Below are positions 13,648-26,916 of a stretch of 64,000 bases of DNA, one piece after another. This DNA comes from Basidiobolus meristosporus CBS 931.73. Taxonomy: Eukaryota > Fungi > Basidiobolomycota. Within the stretch, counting starts at the first letter, position 1. Each line of letters begins with the position of its first letter. The notes under the pieces are model-generated. The model had not been told where the DNA came from, did not search any database, and was given only the letters and a program-made list of their open reading frames with translations. Where the stretch lies: contig MCFE01000003.1 in assembly GCA_002104905.1 (NCBI GenBank), positions 124,001 through 188,000 of the forward strand. The letters are read 5' to 3'. The translations under genes and the position numbers were made by a program.

Positions 13648-14453
13648 AAGGATTCCAGGCGATCTCACACAACCAAAGCTTATAGACACCTTAGAAGATG
13701 AACTCAGTCAGCCAAGTAGACACCAGCAACCGGAACAAAGACATCAAAAGGCACAGACCAAAGTATTTCCAAGTGCAGAAAAGATGAAACAGAGATTTGA
13801 TAAGACTATAGCACCAGAAGCATCTTACTGTTAGGAACTTTGTATTGCTAAGAAACAGCACTTGGAAGAAGGTTGAGCCACAATGGACAGGACCATTCTA
13901 GATCATCAGAGAATGTCCATTTGCAACTTACCAACTAGTGGACAAACAAGGCAATATCTGGGAAGACTTAGTGCATGGGGACAGACTCAAGCTTCAAGAC
14001 TTGCTGATAATACTGAACCATCTAGATATTGATATTACAAGAAAAGTGATTCAGAAGAACCCTACCAACTTTAGTATGGGAGAATGTTATGATCTGCTGC
14101 TTGAATGTCTAAGTTAGATCAGTTTTTAGTCATATCAATTAGTTACATGTTGAGCTTATCAGTATATTAGTATTATCTATCAAATCAGTAGCATTAGTCA
14201 GCAAATGAATCAGCAGATCCTTATCAGACAGAAATAGATATATAAAGTAGGATCTTATTGGGTGATGATGATGCAATTAAATGAGTCATCAGCCACAGCC
14301 TACATCAGGAAATACAATTAGTCAGCAATTGAACTGGCAAAATGAATATAAGGAGCTGCTTGAACCTCAATAAAGATCTGTTCAAGTTTTAATCAACACA
14401 ATACTAGCAAAACTCCCTATTCCTCTACAACTCTTATACTAAGACTTGTAACA
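13648..14453 (+). mobile_element. Gypsy G3: 3' fragment (integrase tail plus LTR 14085-14453) fused to copia A1 RNase H
   Basis: ORF 13481-13834 switches from copia KKPTVA to gypsy IPGDLTQP; the LTR is 369 bp. Confidence 0.88.
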
Positions 14454-14689
14454 CATGCAATTTTGTTACAAGTTAAAAGCCTCAGGGGCTAGATTCTGAG
14501 TGGCAAGGGTATTGAGTACCAAATGCTTTCCTTAAGTCTTTCTGTGCTATTACACATCATGCACAATATTGATCACAACAAAGGTCAAAAATGGATTTTT
14601 TTAGCAATATGGATGAAACATATGGCAGCTGTGTGCAAAGATGTAGCACTATGCTTTACACTCTGTGGCCAAGTATACATCTTGTTGGA

Positions 14690-14758
14690 CTCACTAGCAC
14701 ACTCTGGCACCCTACAGCACTCATGGCACAATGTGGCACAATCCAATGGCAAAAGCCT
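14690..14758. mobile_element. Possible terminus of a second Harbinger-related element
   Basis: TGGCACAATGTGGCACAATCCAA...AAAAGCCT resembles the right end of 24079-26645 (TGGCACTATGTGGCACTATCCAA...ACAAGTCT); it is followed by AAT and abuts gypsy G4 integrase. Confidence 0.4.
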
Positions 14759-15700
14759 AATTAGTGGCATCATCAATTTCTTTTAGGATTCACCAATTGC
14801 ATATGCTAGTGGTTGACAGTCTTGCTATAAGGACAATACCCCATCTCTCAAGTGGTCCAACAGGCTCCAAGGAAATAATTCAGCAATACTGTGTGATTGG
14901 TCTTGGTTAATGCAACATTGGAATGTTTTTGCTGGCTTCTCAATATCTTGTTTCATTCTAGGCTACCATGCTCTGGCTCTCTTAAGTCTGTTCACCAAGT
15001 ACTTTGATTACAAGTTGGGCCTGTATGATTTATGCATCAAGTAAGTGTTGAGGATTGATCTAGTCTTGATAAGGCATCAGTAACCTTATCTTGTTTTCTA
15101 GGAAAGTAGACAAATGGTAAGTCAGATTGCTGAATAAGCTCATTTCATTCTGTCTTACTTCTGGATAATCCTGAGTAATATGCACTTGAGTAAGGTATGA
15201 TCAGTCTTCACTGTGCACTTAAACTCCTTTGATGTAGCATCTCCATGTCTTTACACAGCATATTATAGAAAGCAACTCCATCTCATGCACTGATATACAT
15301 GTTCTACTGCATTTAGTTTCTTCAATTCAAAAGTAACTGTGTACACCTTTCTTTGATGTTTTTGACTCTGTACTCCACCAATAGCATAACATGAGGCATC
15401 TGTGCAGAGAGTAAGCTCTTTTCTGAAGTCAAGTATTTTGAAGCTTGACAACATGACTGTCTAATTCTTGAATATCTGAGAGGCATTTGCACAAGCTACA
15501 TCCCACTTCAAGTTGCTGTCCTTACTGAGGATATCAGTCAAAGAGTCTGCAACACTTGCAAAGGACTTGGCAAATCTACAATAATAGAATACCATTCCTG
15601 GAAATGATGTGAGATCTGATGTGGTATGGCATTGGTTGAGATTCTTGATAACTTCTGCTTTCATAAGGCTTAATGTCACAACTGAGCACATCACTCTATA
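14759..15700 (-). mobile_element. Diverged gypsy G4 pol remnant (RT end, RNase H, integrase)
   Basis: Minus-strand ORFs with CTDAS..AIGGV and GMVFYYCRF, plus PLERWG, homologous to G1 pol. Confidence 0.75.
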
Positions 15701-16080
15701 TTAATGCCTTAACTTTACCACTTTCTCCAGATATATGATCTTATGATTATTCCCCTATAGTCAGGATCAAATTAGCACTGTTACCAAACATTATGTACTA
15801 ACCCTGAAACTGTTACAGAATGCTCCTGAATATTGAGAAACCCTCCCTACTTAGTGTTGCAGCTCTATTACTTCTACAAAGGTATAAATACTGAGCTTCT
15901 TTATGAATAAACAACAGTTCAACTATTATCACTATTTCTTGATAAGTTCCTTATATCCAAATCACTTCTTAAATTGCAACAGTTTTATATCACATCCCTA
16001 ACAAAAAACGCTCAAAGCTGGAACCAAAGAGTAGAAAAGGGATCTTTCTTGGGTATTGTGAAGATACTAAAGGGTATAGA

Positions 16081-17949
16081 GTGTATGATGGCAAAATTCA
16101 GAAGCTGATCAAGAGCAGGGACATTGTATTTGAGGAGAACTCAGATCAGAAAGCCACAAAAATCATTGGCCAGCTGCCTGATGATGCAATCAACACAAAT
16201 GAAGAAGATACGTACCAAATCCAGCCAGAGATAGAAGATACTTCTACCAGTTCCAGATCAGAACAGATTATCCCAGTTAGGAGATCTACCAGAATAAGAA
16301 ATGCCCCTGGATCCTGGTGGCGGACATCCAATGATCATGAAGAAGCTTATCTTGCCTTATGTGCCAAGCCTCAGAATCTGGAACAGGCAATGCAAGGTCC
16401 AGATGCTACTAAGTGGCAACAAGCCATGCTGGAGGAGTACCAATCACTGATCGAGGCAAAAACGTGGGAACTGGTAGATTTACCAAATGGGAGAAAGCCA
16501 ATAGGATGTAGATGGGTATACAAGATCATGATAACCTCAAATAGTGCTGTTGATACGCACAAGGCTAGATAGGTGGCTAAAGGCTATTCCCAGATCCAGG
16601 GACTAGACTTTAAGGAAGCATTTGCTCCGGTTGCCAAGTTTAACTCTATTAGGACAGTTCTAGCCCTGGCAGCTGTACACAGTCTAGATCTACACCAAAT
16701 GGACGTCAAAACAGCCTTTCTAAATGGGGATTTGCAAGAAACTATATATATGGAGCAACCAGAAGGGTTTACCAATCCAAAAAGCCCCCATAAGGTGTGC
16801 AAACTTAGAAAATTGTTGTATGGGCTTAAGCAGGCACCCAGAGCATGGTATAAAAAGATTAACACATATCTAGAGGAAATTGGGTTCTCTTGTAGCACTG
16901 CAGATCACAGTATATATGTGAAACAGCTCAAAAAGGGTGTGATCATCCTAGTTCTTTATGTGGACGACCTAATTATAGATACAAGTGATCAAGAGGCACT
17001 TAAATAGACAAAATCAGATCTCTTCGGCAAGTTTGAGATGAAAGATCTTGGAAAATTGAGCTAATTTCTTGGAATTGAGGTCAAATTTGACATACCTACG
17101 CAGAAAATTGTGCTGAATCAGTCTAAGTACATCAGGGACATTCTTAGACGCTTCAAAATGGAAAATTGCAAGCCTGCAGCAACCCCTATGGACAATAACT
17201 TGAAATTAAGCAAATCTCAGTCAGTTATAGATGAAAACGGCTCAAATATGGACCAAAACTATCCCTATCAATCAATGGTTGGTAGCCTAATGTACTTGAT
17301 GGTGTCTATACGTCCAGATATTGCAGTTACAGTTGGAATAGTCAGTCAATTCATGCAGAATTATGGATCAGATCAAATTGCAGCAGTTAAGCGGGTTTTC
17401 AGATATCTACAAGGTACCATAAATATGGTACTGGAATACACTGGAGCAGCTAATAGGCAAAAATTTGATGGTTATAGTGATTCAGATTGGGGTAGGGATC
17501 TGATTGACAGACGCTCTACCACAGGCTATGTATTTCTTTATGCTGGTGCAGCTATTACTTGGAATTGCAAGAAACAACCAACTGTGGCACTATCTACAAC
17601 TGAAGCCAAATATATGGCTGCATGTCAAGCAACTAAGGAGGCTATATGGCTACAAAAATTATTCAAAGACTTAGGTTTTAATTCAGGTGAACCAACATGT
17701 ATTTACAAGGATAATCAAAGTTGTACTTCATTAGCTAGAAATCCTACTAATCACACCAGAACTAAGCACATTGATATACAGCATCACTTTGTGAGGGAAG
17801 CTGTAGAAAATAACTTAGTGGAGCTGGTTTACTGCCCAACTGACAAAATGGTGGCAGACATATTGACAAAACCACTAGCTAGGCCACAGTTTGAGATCCT
17901 TAGAGAGAAATTGGGATTAAGAAATTATTTAGTTGAGGGGGAGTGCTGA
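16081..17949 (+). pseudogene. Copia A2 RT-RNase H remnant
   Basis: HQMDVKTAFLNG, LYVDD, YSDSDWG, KHIDIQHHF; in-frame stops at ~16572, ~17007 and ~17063. Confidence 0.92.
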
Positions 17950-18312
17950 AATATTGGACTATTTGGTATCATTCAGCAGCTAAAAATTTACTTAACAATT
18001 CTAGGCTAGTCCTAATCACTGTAGGACTCATTTACTGCCTTAACTTTGCCACTTTCTCCAGATATATGATCTTTTGATTATTCCCCTATAGTCAGGATCA
18101 AATTAGCACTATTACCAAACATTATGTACTAACCCTGAAACTGTTACAGAATGCTCCTGAATATTGAGAAACCCTCCCTACTTAGTGTTGCAGCTGTATT
18201 ACTTCTACAAAGGTATAAATACTGAGCTTCTTTATGAATAAACAACAGTTCAACTATTATCACTATTTCTTGATAAGTTCCTTATATCCAAATCACTTCT
18301 TAAATTGCAACA
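17944..18312 (+). repeat. Copia-A 3' LTR
   Basis: 369 bp, TG...CA, homologous to 105-473. Confidence 0.93.
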
Positions 18313-18690
18313 ACATATTCTGTAAGGTGTCTTGTTCACTGAAGTACTATGCCCTATGCTAATCACATGATCAGCATCACTACTGGTGGTAGGTACACTA
18401 GTTCTTCTGAAAATAAACCTCAAAAATCATTTAAAAAAGTCTGGACATGCTGGGGAACTGGGGAAGAGTAACCCACCTGTAATGCACCATGTGGTACATA
18501 TATGTACCTTTTATAGATGCTCTGCAGATATGTGTCTCACTAAGCTTAGTTGTGTCATATTCAATGGAACTTATTAAGTTGAAATCTAGTCTGACAGGTA
18601 GCAGTTTATAAATCTGGTTGTCATTTGTGATCTGAGTGGAATTGGCTCCCCAGTTGGTTGATGGATAAATGCAGAATAGCCATGTTTTTT
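18313..18690 (-). mobile_element. Gypsy G4 remnant, protease-RT linker
   Basis: Reverse complement aligns by eye with G1 ~3865-4240. Confidence 0.7.
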
Positions 18691-21603
18691 CAATTCTATC
18701 ACAAATAATTTGGCCCCACAGGTGGATCCAATCCCAATCAGCCAGCAGGATCCTACTTGGAGATCATTGTAATACCAGCAGCTTGAACTTAATGACACAC
18801 TTATTGATCTTATGATGGGATCACAATGGTGTTTTGTTAATTTTACTGCCATATAAAGTTACAAAACTTGACAGGGTTTTATTGGTGCTGTGACAAATAT
18901 TGCATGACATTGTCACAGTCTCAATGTGCTCTACAGTTATTTAGAATGAATCTACCTGACCAGTACATCCAGTTACCTTATATGGCAAAGATCTTGACGG
19001 TATTTTGTTGTCCTCATTGCAAGTCTCTGTTAGCATTATCATGGCAGTATGGCACCCTACAGCAAGTTCTCTATAATGCTACCATACCAATTTGCCAAAT
19101 GGTATTTCTTTTTTCTACCTCCCCTTGTGCAATTCATACATTCAACTGTAGAATTACCCCTCTTTATTTGCTTATGCACTACTACCTTGGGTATTCCACA
19201 TATAGTTCAAACCAAAAAAACCAGGGCCTCTTGATTACTAACCTCCATAAATGCACACACCTGCTGCAATTGACATACTTATATCACCTCAACTTTACGG
19301 CTGTTTAGTGTGATACTTGCAAAGTTGCCATATACCTTGTACTGCTGGTAGCATATACATCTTGCAAACATATGCTTGGTTTTTGCCACTTTGGCCATGA
19401 ATACTTCCTGAATAACTGCAAAGAACTTCTGGATATTTAGCCAACATATTCTTTCCCTCTGCTGAGTTTTATTCCCCCTTATAGGTGTGCTCTGGCTCTT
19501 GTTTGTGTAAATTCCATATTGAATGGTGTAGAAGTTGGCTTGTGACCAAGAGAAATCTGGCATACCTTGGTAGAGGTTTCCTAATAAAAGTTAGTTGCTT
19601 GTTGCACCAAACCCAATTTTGCATTACTTATCTGATTACCCAGGCATTTGGGCTACTTAGCTTCTTAATGCCATAGGCAGTGGTGTATCCATGTGCACAT
19701 CTGTCCTCATTTTTTCAACTCTTCCTGGCTGTCCTCCATGCACCAACTCATCACATCCATGATGGACTTGAAGGTAATGTTCTTGAAGAGATTGGGAAAT
19801 GGTAGTACCTGCAACTTGACTTGTCTTTCTATCTCCCCACACATCAGCTCCATCCAAAACTCCCAAAAGGTGAAGCAAGGCCCAAGATTCTCCTCATGCC
19901 AAGCAAGATGGAGTAGCAAATGGATACAGTAGTGGCAGAGACTGACATGATCAGCTATATATTTGTATTGTAGCTGCTCAAATCTCATCACAAACTCTTT
20001 GCATAAAAGCTCTAGATGCATCAAGTTGGCATTGGTGATCCACTCTTATATAAATATTCCTACAATGTTCACACAGGATTCCCAATGCTTCCAATGTACT
20101 CTTGGTAGAAATGACTTCAGAAGACAACTTGCATAAATACATATCCAGTTCATCCAGCCCTTGCTCTTGTATTGTCCCATATGCATACAATTGTTGATTG
20201 GCACCTGTGAGAAGTACTTAGGGTAGCAGAAACTCTGTAATATCTTGCCATTTCTTCCAAATATCTGTGGAATCTCAAAGGGTGCATTTAGCTGAAATGC
20301 TGCATGTAAAACTTGATCATCACTATAGGGATATTGTTGAAAAGCAAATGCATTGCTCCTAGTGGAAAGCTTTTGCTTCAACAGATACCATTTTTTTAAG
20401 TATCTCCAGTTTCCAATTAATTCTGTATTCTGGCCAATGGCTTATATCCTGCCAACTTTGCTGCAATTACATGCTGACTTCTGAAGATTCTCTCTACAGA
20501 AAGTCAAAGTTCTTAGTGTTGGTGTTTGGGTAATGATAATGTGTGTGAGTTATGGAGTAAGTCCCCTGGATCTCACACATTTGAAAGTAATACCATCCAT
20601 TGTGCCCAGAAAGGCCAGCTATCTTGCTGATGGCTGTGGTATCTCCCATGTATATAATAATATGCACTTTTACGTGACAGCCATTTACTGTTATCTGCTG
20701 GAAAGCATACAAATTTGATAAAGCAACAGATACAGGTAGCTACCCAGGTTGGACAGTGATTTTGGCCCAGATACAGTGAGACTACCATCAGATTTCTGCT
20801 CTTATACTGTAAGATAGCCAGCATATTCAGGTTGATGCAAATCAGTGGCTTGTCTAATGAGAACTCATCAAGTGCTTAGGCAGCAGCATGGTTATACATA
20901 TCTTCAAAGTAGCCCTTGCTTCTTAGCTGTTTGCAATGTTTGCCATCAAATATATTGGAAATATTTGTGCTTGATTGACATTGAGTGCAGTACTTTATAG
21001 CTTTGCAATATTTGTTGGACGGCCTGAGTTTCTTTAGACAGGGTACTGCTGGAATATATCTGGGGTGTGGACAATATTTTCCCCCAATGGTGGTGGATTC
21101 CTCACAGGCTGCACACCTTGCAATGGTAGCATTTTCTGATGTGAATGCCATGCAACTGTTAACACATGCTGGTATCAGGACAGTCTCTGGGTCATATGTT
21201 GCCAGCTGCATGACTGCTTTCCATCTACACCATGTACATAGTAAGTTGCATCCCAGGATGATTTTGGCAAGAAGCAGTAGTAAGTCCTCAAAGCCACCAC
21301 TACTGAAATTAGTGGAAAAGCACTACTTTGCTAGCCACAACATCACATCATTCACCAGTAGATGGATTACTGGGCTCACTTGACTCCATAAAGTATCCTG
21401 ACATTTTTCCCACAGGTGTTTTTGCATTGCATAATGGAATTTTGCCATGCTCATAAAGGGTACTATTGTTAGGGAAGATAGACCACAATCTATGAGTGAG
21501 CCTGCTTCTTCAGAGCTCTCACTCTGTGTGCCATATTCAGAAGGCTGGGGTGAGCCCAAAGGCATTACACACTCATCTGACACAGTTTGCACAAGGTGAC
21601 AAG
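18690..21603 (-). pseudogene. CACTA/EnSpm-like (Tnp2-type) transposase, copy 1, decayed; its 5' part continues at 27533-~27860
   Basis: Minus-strand fragments IPACVNSCMAFT, GDTTAISKIAGLSGHNG, HLLLHLAW..ENLGPCFTFWEF; colinear with 30975-33413. Confidence 0.8.
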
Positions 21604-21679
21604 TGTTATAAATAGACACAAGGCTGGAGAATAGAGCTAGGCTAGGCAGGACCAGGAAGGAACTTAGGTGTGGATCAAC

Positions 21680-21725
21680 AAGGCAAGGCAGGTATCCAAG
21701 GCAAGGCAGATATCCAAGGCAAGGC
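21680..21725. repeat. 18-bp tandem repeat (AAGGCAAGGCAGRTATCC) x2.5 in the LTR-C U5 region
   Basis: Read directly from the sequence. Confidence 0.9.
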
Positions 21726-24700
21726 TGTTTATTCAAGACCTGTGCTTATCAGACTGCAGAATACATAAGGGGAGATAGAACTATATATACTCTTTGGCAA
21801 TATGGATCCCAATAGATATAGGCTAATACTGATGGGGTTCAGAGGTGAGGCACAGTAAGTGTGCCAAAATAAAAATATGTTGTAAGAGTCTTGGAAATAT
21901 TGGAAGTGACTTGGGAAGACAAGTAGATTATGTGTTTTCACTTAATGATTTATTGAATGTGGAAGTAGCATTTATACTTTTACATAGTCTTAGCATATCA
22001 AACCTGTAGAATAGGTTAAGGAAGATCTGAAGAACATGTGTGCAAAGTTTGGTGCTATTGAGACAACTTTGAGAATTTTCATGTTCTGGATACCTGGTAA
22101 TTTGGTGAAAATATTCCAAGTAAATCCCAACAAGAAATTTTGTCAGTATTCTCTAGGATTTGAAGGCAATGATCTAAGTGACTAAGTTAGGTGAATATTT
22201 AGGTGGAATTACAAATTTTTACAACACTCCCACTCAACTAAATGCTCATACTGATTATTCCTAATTTTGGCCTAAGATACTCAAACTTGTTTCTAGCTAA
22301 TGGTTAAGTGAGTATGTCTGCAATCATTTCATCTGATGAACAGTAAACTAAGCTAACTAAGTTATTCTCTATAGCTTCATGTATGAAATGATGTCCAATA
22401 TCTATGTTCCTAATTCTAGCATGAAAAGCTGGATTTCTACCAAATTGTATACATGCTTGATTTTTATGATATAAAGTGATAGGCATTTTTTGACATAGGC
22501 CCAAGTCAGTAGAAAGCTTTCTTAGCCATATTGCTTCTTTTGCAGCTTCACAGGCTGCCATATACTCTGCGTCTGTGGTACAAAGAGCTACGGTTGGTGC
22601 TTTCTTGAATTCCATGAAATTGCTCCTCTACAGTAAAGAAAGGTGTATCCTGTGGTGGATCTTCTGTCTTCCAAATATTGTCCCCAATCATCATCAGAGT
22701 ATCTCACAAGATCCTGTTCTGAATCCTTATAATGTATCTTAAGCAGATATCAGCAGCTCCTTTTAGGTATCTAAAAATCCACTTAACTGCTGCAATATGA
22801 TCAGATCCATAGTTCTGATTATGTTGGCTGACAACCCTGCCATAGCTTTAGACTCCCTGAGCTTAGACAGAGCTTCTTCCTTTCTCTCCATGAAGTGGAC
22901 CCATGTGTATCTTGTATAATCATCAATAATAGTGCTTAAATACTTCATCCCACCCAAGGATAGATTTTGCTTAGGTCCACACAGATCTGAGTAGTTCAGA
23001 TCTAATTTTCTCTTAGTTTTGACTAACCCAGAGCTCTTGATCAGTTGTCTGGCTTGCTTCCCATATATGCAGGCTTTACAGTGCTCTAAATTAGCTGGGG
23101 GATCAATTTTTACTCCATAAAATAGCTGATCTTTGATCATTTTGCGCAAATGCCCAAAACTGATGTGCCCAAATCTCCTGTGCCAAAGTATTTTTGATCA
23201 GCAATCCTGCATCCAGAATTGTCAAAGCTGAGCCTGAGTCCCTCTGTGGTTGCCTTGCTTACTGATAGTAGGTTCTTGGCTATTTCTAGTACATAAAGTC
23301 CTTCTTTAAAGGTCAGTGTATGGCTTCCCTCACTGCTTCTTAGGCTTACTTGTATAGTTCCTTCTCCCACTGCATCAAGTGCTCTATTGTCACCCTTGAA
23401 AACCTTCTTAATTGGAATTTCTTCATATTGGGTAAGAAGTTCTTTTTGGTGTGTAAAGTGTTGAAATGCTCCACAGTCAATATACCAAGTCTGAGAATCC
23501 TTGTTTGCGGTCATATTTAGTGCAAGTATGAATATTCTATCTTCAGTTGTTGCATCATTCCCATATTCTGGCTTTTTCTGCTGACTATCTCTCTTTTTGA
23601 AGCACCGTTCAGATGTGTGTCCTTTCCTTGTGCAGTAGTTACAAAACAGGTTGCTACTGTCTTTAAAAGGTCTTGAGTATCTCCTTTGTTGGTGATCATT
23701 GCTTATTAAAGCATTTTCTTCTTCCTTCTTATTGCACTTGATTTTCTTAATTCTTGATCCAGGAGCCTTATATATCTGTAATTTAAGGTCATATCTTCAG
23801 TTCTAAACTCTAGGGCTGATACAAGGCCTTGAAGTTTTTCTGTCAGGCTATCCAGGATAGTAACTATCACATCCTCATCAGTAGTTGGTATGCCCACAGA
23901 TTCCATCTCATCCACCAGCAGGGTATTTCTGTTGATTAGATTTTCATTTCATCTCCAGGCTGCATCTTTTTAGTAAAGAATTTTTGTCCCAGATACATTG
24001 TCTTGGTAGTGAGATATGACTGGTAGGCATCTTCTAGTGCCTTCCAGGGATTCTTTGCCGTTTTTGCTCTTGAGTATTAGGCTTGTTCCATGGAACCATG
24101 CTGGGGCATCCTTGCACAATCCATGGTCTCAAAGAACAATTGGGCGCAACATTGTAACTACCAGTAAGCAGGATTGTTCTTGGACCATTTCACATTATGT
24201 GGGACAATCTTGCATACTATGGCACAATCTGACACAATGAAGTTGGCACAGATCATTGCACCAACTTGTAATATTTGCATCATGTGTGTAGTTGTATACA
24301 GCTATTATGGCTTGTAAAATCCGGTATTTGTTATGTTTCTTTAATGAAAATTGAAATAAATGTGTATCACACTATTAACTACACTGGTTCTTACCTTCTT
24401 GGTAACTCTCACTCCAATTGGATGGTATCTCAGTGGTTAATTGGTCTAAACATATCCCAAAGCTGTCAGCCCCTAATTGGCTCTTTGACCAATACACAAA
24501 CTACCTGATTTATCATCAAATATCACATTTTGCCCATTAAGCAAGTAAATCCCTGATCCTAGTGATTGAACATGGTGCATAGCTAGCAAGCCACAAATTG
24601 AATAGGTCCAAAACAGATTAAATGGCAGTACTGGTGTTACATATGATATATATATGCAGGGCGTTTATTTATAGGGGCTCTGTCTCAATTGTGAGACAAC

Positions 24701-24869
24701 CTTGATATTACTTATACCCAAAATTGAGTGATCACTGATTTGCAATGGCTTGATTTTGATTGCAAAAAAAATTTGTGTTTGGATCACAACAAATAATGGC
24801 AATTAAATGCGATTGCATCATCTTGTCATAGGTTCTTTTCTCACAGAGATTACTACTAAATGCTATAGT

Positions 24870-25590
24870 AGTAACTGGCTTTGCACACCTAAACTACTTC
24901 CTTGCTGACTTTCATCTTGGCTACTTGTGTATTTGTAGTCAGTATTTTGCCTCCTAGTTGATGAGTGCAATGCTGCAACTTGGCCACACTTAATTGCTCC
25001 AGATGATGCTACCAAACTGGCCTGCAGTGCTACATGCTCACGCATTCTTTTACTTGCCAAAGGCACTCAGGTGGAGGCACTTCATAAGGGTCATCATTGG
25101 TCACTTCACCAGAAGTAACTTACTAATGGCCTGGTGTAATGGCATGTGCATGCGCAACTTGATGTTCCAGCATTGCCCTTGGCTGTATTTGATGTATTGC
25201 TGCTTGTTGACATGACTTGGCTTGCTCCAATAGACTTGTGTCTAAATGGGCAGTTTGGCAAGTTCTGGTGGTTTTGCTCTGAAGCACACACATTGCTACA
25301 ACATGTGTTGACTTGATGGGGGGTGCTCTTGTGAAGGGTGTTGGTGTAGGTTGGACTGATGTGGGCTGGTGCACTGAAGTTACAAGGGATGGTAAGGAAT
25401 CCAGCAAGGTGTGCTGGTGCAATCTGGACGTGTTGCTCATAGTCTGTATTCTTCCTCTTGAGGCTCACCTTCTGATTCCTCAAGGTATTCACATACACTC
25501 TGTCTGATACTTTGCAGCTATTGCCTGGATGAGTCCTGTATATATTGCTCTCAGAAGCCACTTAGCTCTACTGATATATCATGTAGTATA
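24870..25590 (-). pseudogene. Putative second ORF of the Harbinger element, divergent from the transposase, decayed
   Basis: Protein-like frames (EQYIQDSSRQ*LQSIRQSVCEYLEESE; DDPYEVPPPECLWQVKEC) broken by TAG/TGA; no domain recognised. Confidence 0.4.
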
Positions 25591-26462
25591 TTAGTCATTT
25601 GAGGCAAAAACTATTTCAAGACCTCTTTGGTTCCCATTTTGACACAATAGAGGAGATCTATTCCAAGTACTGTGGACCATCAACCCCAATTGACTCAAGA
25701 AGATCCCTTGTCAAGCTTCTCTGCTATTACAAGAACTATTGCCCTACAAGGTTTCATCCCACCATCCATGGCAACAAAAGTCCTAGAAGCATTCATTCCC
25801 AGCAGAGAGCAATGAAGAACCACCTTGCAGAGGGTATGAATGACTTAGAGCAAGCTTGGAATACTAGGTTTAGAAGCTCAAATAGATTTCCATATCCCAG
25901 AGTGTTCAGCAACAGGTTCAATGTAAGAAGTATCTTGGATACCTTCCCAGTCAGGATTAACAGACCTTCTAGCGGGCATAGGCACTTTTATTCTGTCAAG
26001 TACAAGGCACACTGTGTGAAGTTTCATGCACTGTCTGATATTGAGGGTAACATCATCTGGTTTAGCGGGCCATTTGCTAGAAGTAGGCATGACAAAGTAC
26101 TCTTGGTAGAGAATCATTCAGAATTCAGTAGTGGGGAGAAATCTATGGCAGACCTAACTTATTTAGAAGAGGATTGTCAGAGATTACAATGTATTACAGC
26201 TTGTAGGAAGCCAAGGAATGGTATGCTTAGCAGGAAGCAGAAGCTCTACAATTAGATATTTAATCATTTCAGAGGGAGGGTAGAGCATACCTTTGGATAT
26301 CTGAAGAGATTCAGCATATTGTTAGGTAACTACAGAGGAAAGTCATATATAGAAGAAAACAGCAGAATAGGTAAAATAGCTAAGATACTTATTAATGCAC
26401 AGTGTTTTCATACAAGAAGACATCCACTGAGAGAAATGTGTCTGGAGGATTATGAAGAGTAA
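25581..26462 (+). pseudogene. Harbinger-type DDE transposase (DDE_Tnp_4-like, ~293 aa) with two TAG nonsense codons
   Basis: ILDTFP, FYSVKYKAH, MADLTY, RGRVEHTFGYLKRF; one frame from ATG 25581 to TAA 26462 with TAG at 25584 and 26253. Confidence 0.85.
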
Positions 26463-26904
26463 AAAATGCAGGGAAAGCACTATTCTGAGCAACATAAGTA
26501 TGATTGAGTAAAATCATAAGTAATTATATCCTACCACTGGCATTATGGTAGAAATTATAGTGCCAGATAGTGCCATGGGGTGCCAGATTGATCCAGCACC
26601 ACAAACAGGGTGGCACTATGTGGCACTATCCAACAAAACAAGTCTATTGAATTAACAATTTGTCTTAACATTGAGGCAAATGCAGTTAATGGCACTTTGC
26701 TCTTGCCTGTAGCACTTTGTGACTTCCTCTCCCACACTTTTAGGAGGGCATTATTCTCTTATGACAATATCCCAAAGGCCTCTTTCTTGTAGCAACATAT
26801 TCATCTTCAACTTCCACAAATGGTAGTTAAATCCATCCAACTCTTCAGTAGAGAGAAAAATTCCATTAATAGCAGAAGTAGATATTGCAGAGAGTGACAG
26901 CTTG

Positions 26905-26916
26905 GGGCTCATAACC
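26905..26916 (-). other. Copia-B PBS GGTTATGAGCCC (half-tRNAiMet type)
   Basis: Abuts the 5' LTR; exact complement of GGGCUCAUAACC; one- or two-mismatch versions at 35036-35047 and 39197-39208. Confidence 0.85.

Larger units (their letters stand above)
15705..18312 (+). mobile_element. Ty1/copia element A2, internally deleted, relatively young, inserted in gypsy G4
   Basis: Partial 5' LTR 15705-15981 and full 3' LTR 17944-18312 differ at about 4 of ~277 positions; sequence jumps from the PBS position to the integrase tail; PPT GAGGGGGAG 17935-17943. Confidence 0.9.
24079..26645 (+). mobile_element. PIF/Harbinger-superfamily DNA transposon (2567 bp), 3-bp TSD ATT
   Basis: TIRs AGGCTTGTT / AACAAGTCT (8 of 9 match); ATT at 24076-24078 and 26646-26648; excision restores CTTGAG(T)ATTGAATTA as in the uninterrupted gag at ~38930; subterminal TGGCAC repeats. 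Confidence 0.88.

Noticed and set aside
18386-18480. Apparent gag zinc-knuckle-like peptide on the plus strand
   Set aside because: The reverse complement aligns with the gypsy protease-RT linker, so the plus-strand reading is spurious.
24681-24698. Hairpin TGTCTCA-ATTG-TGAGACA as a Helitron 3' end
   Set aside because: No CTRR terminus follows, and it lies inside the TIR/TSD-bounded Harbinger element.
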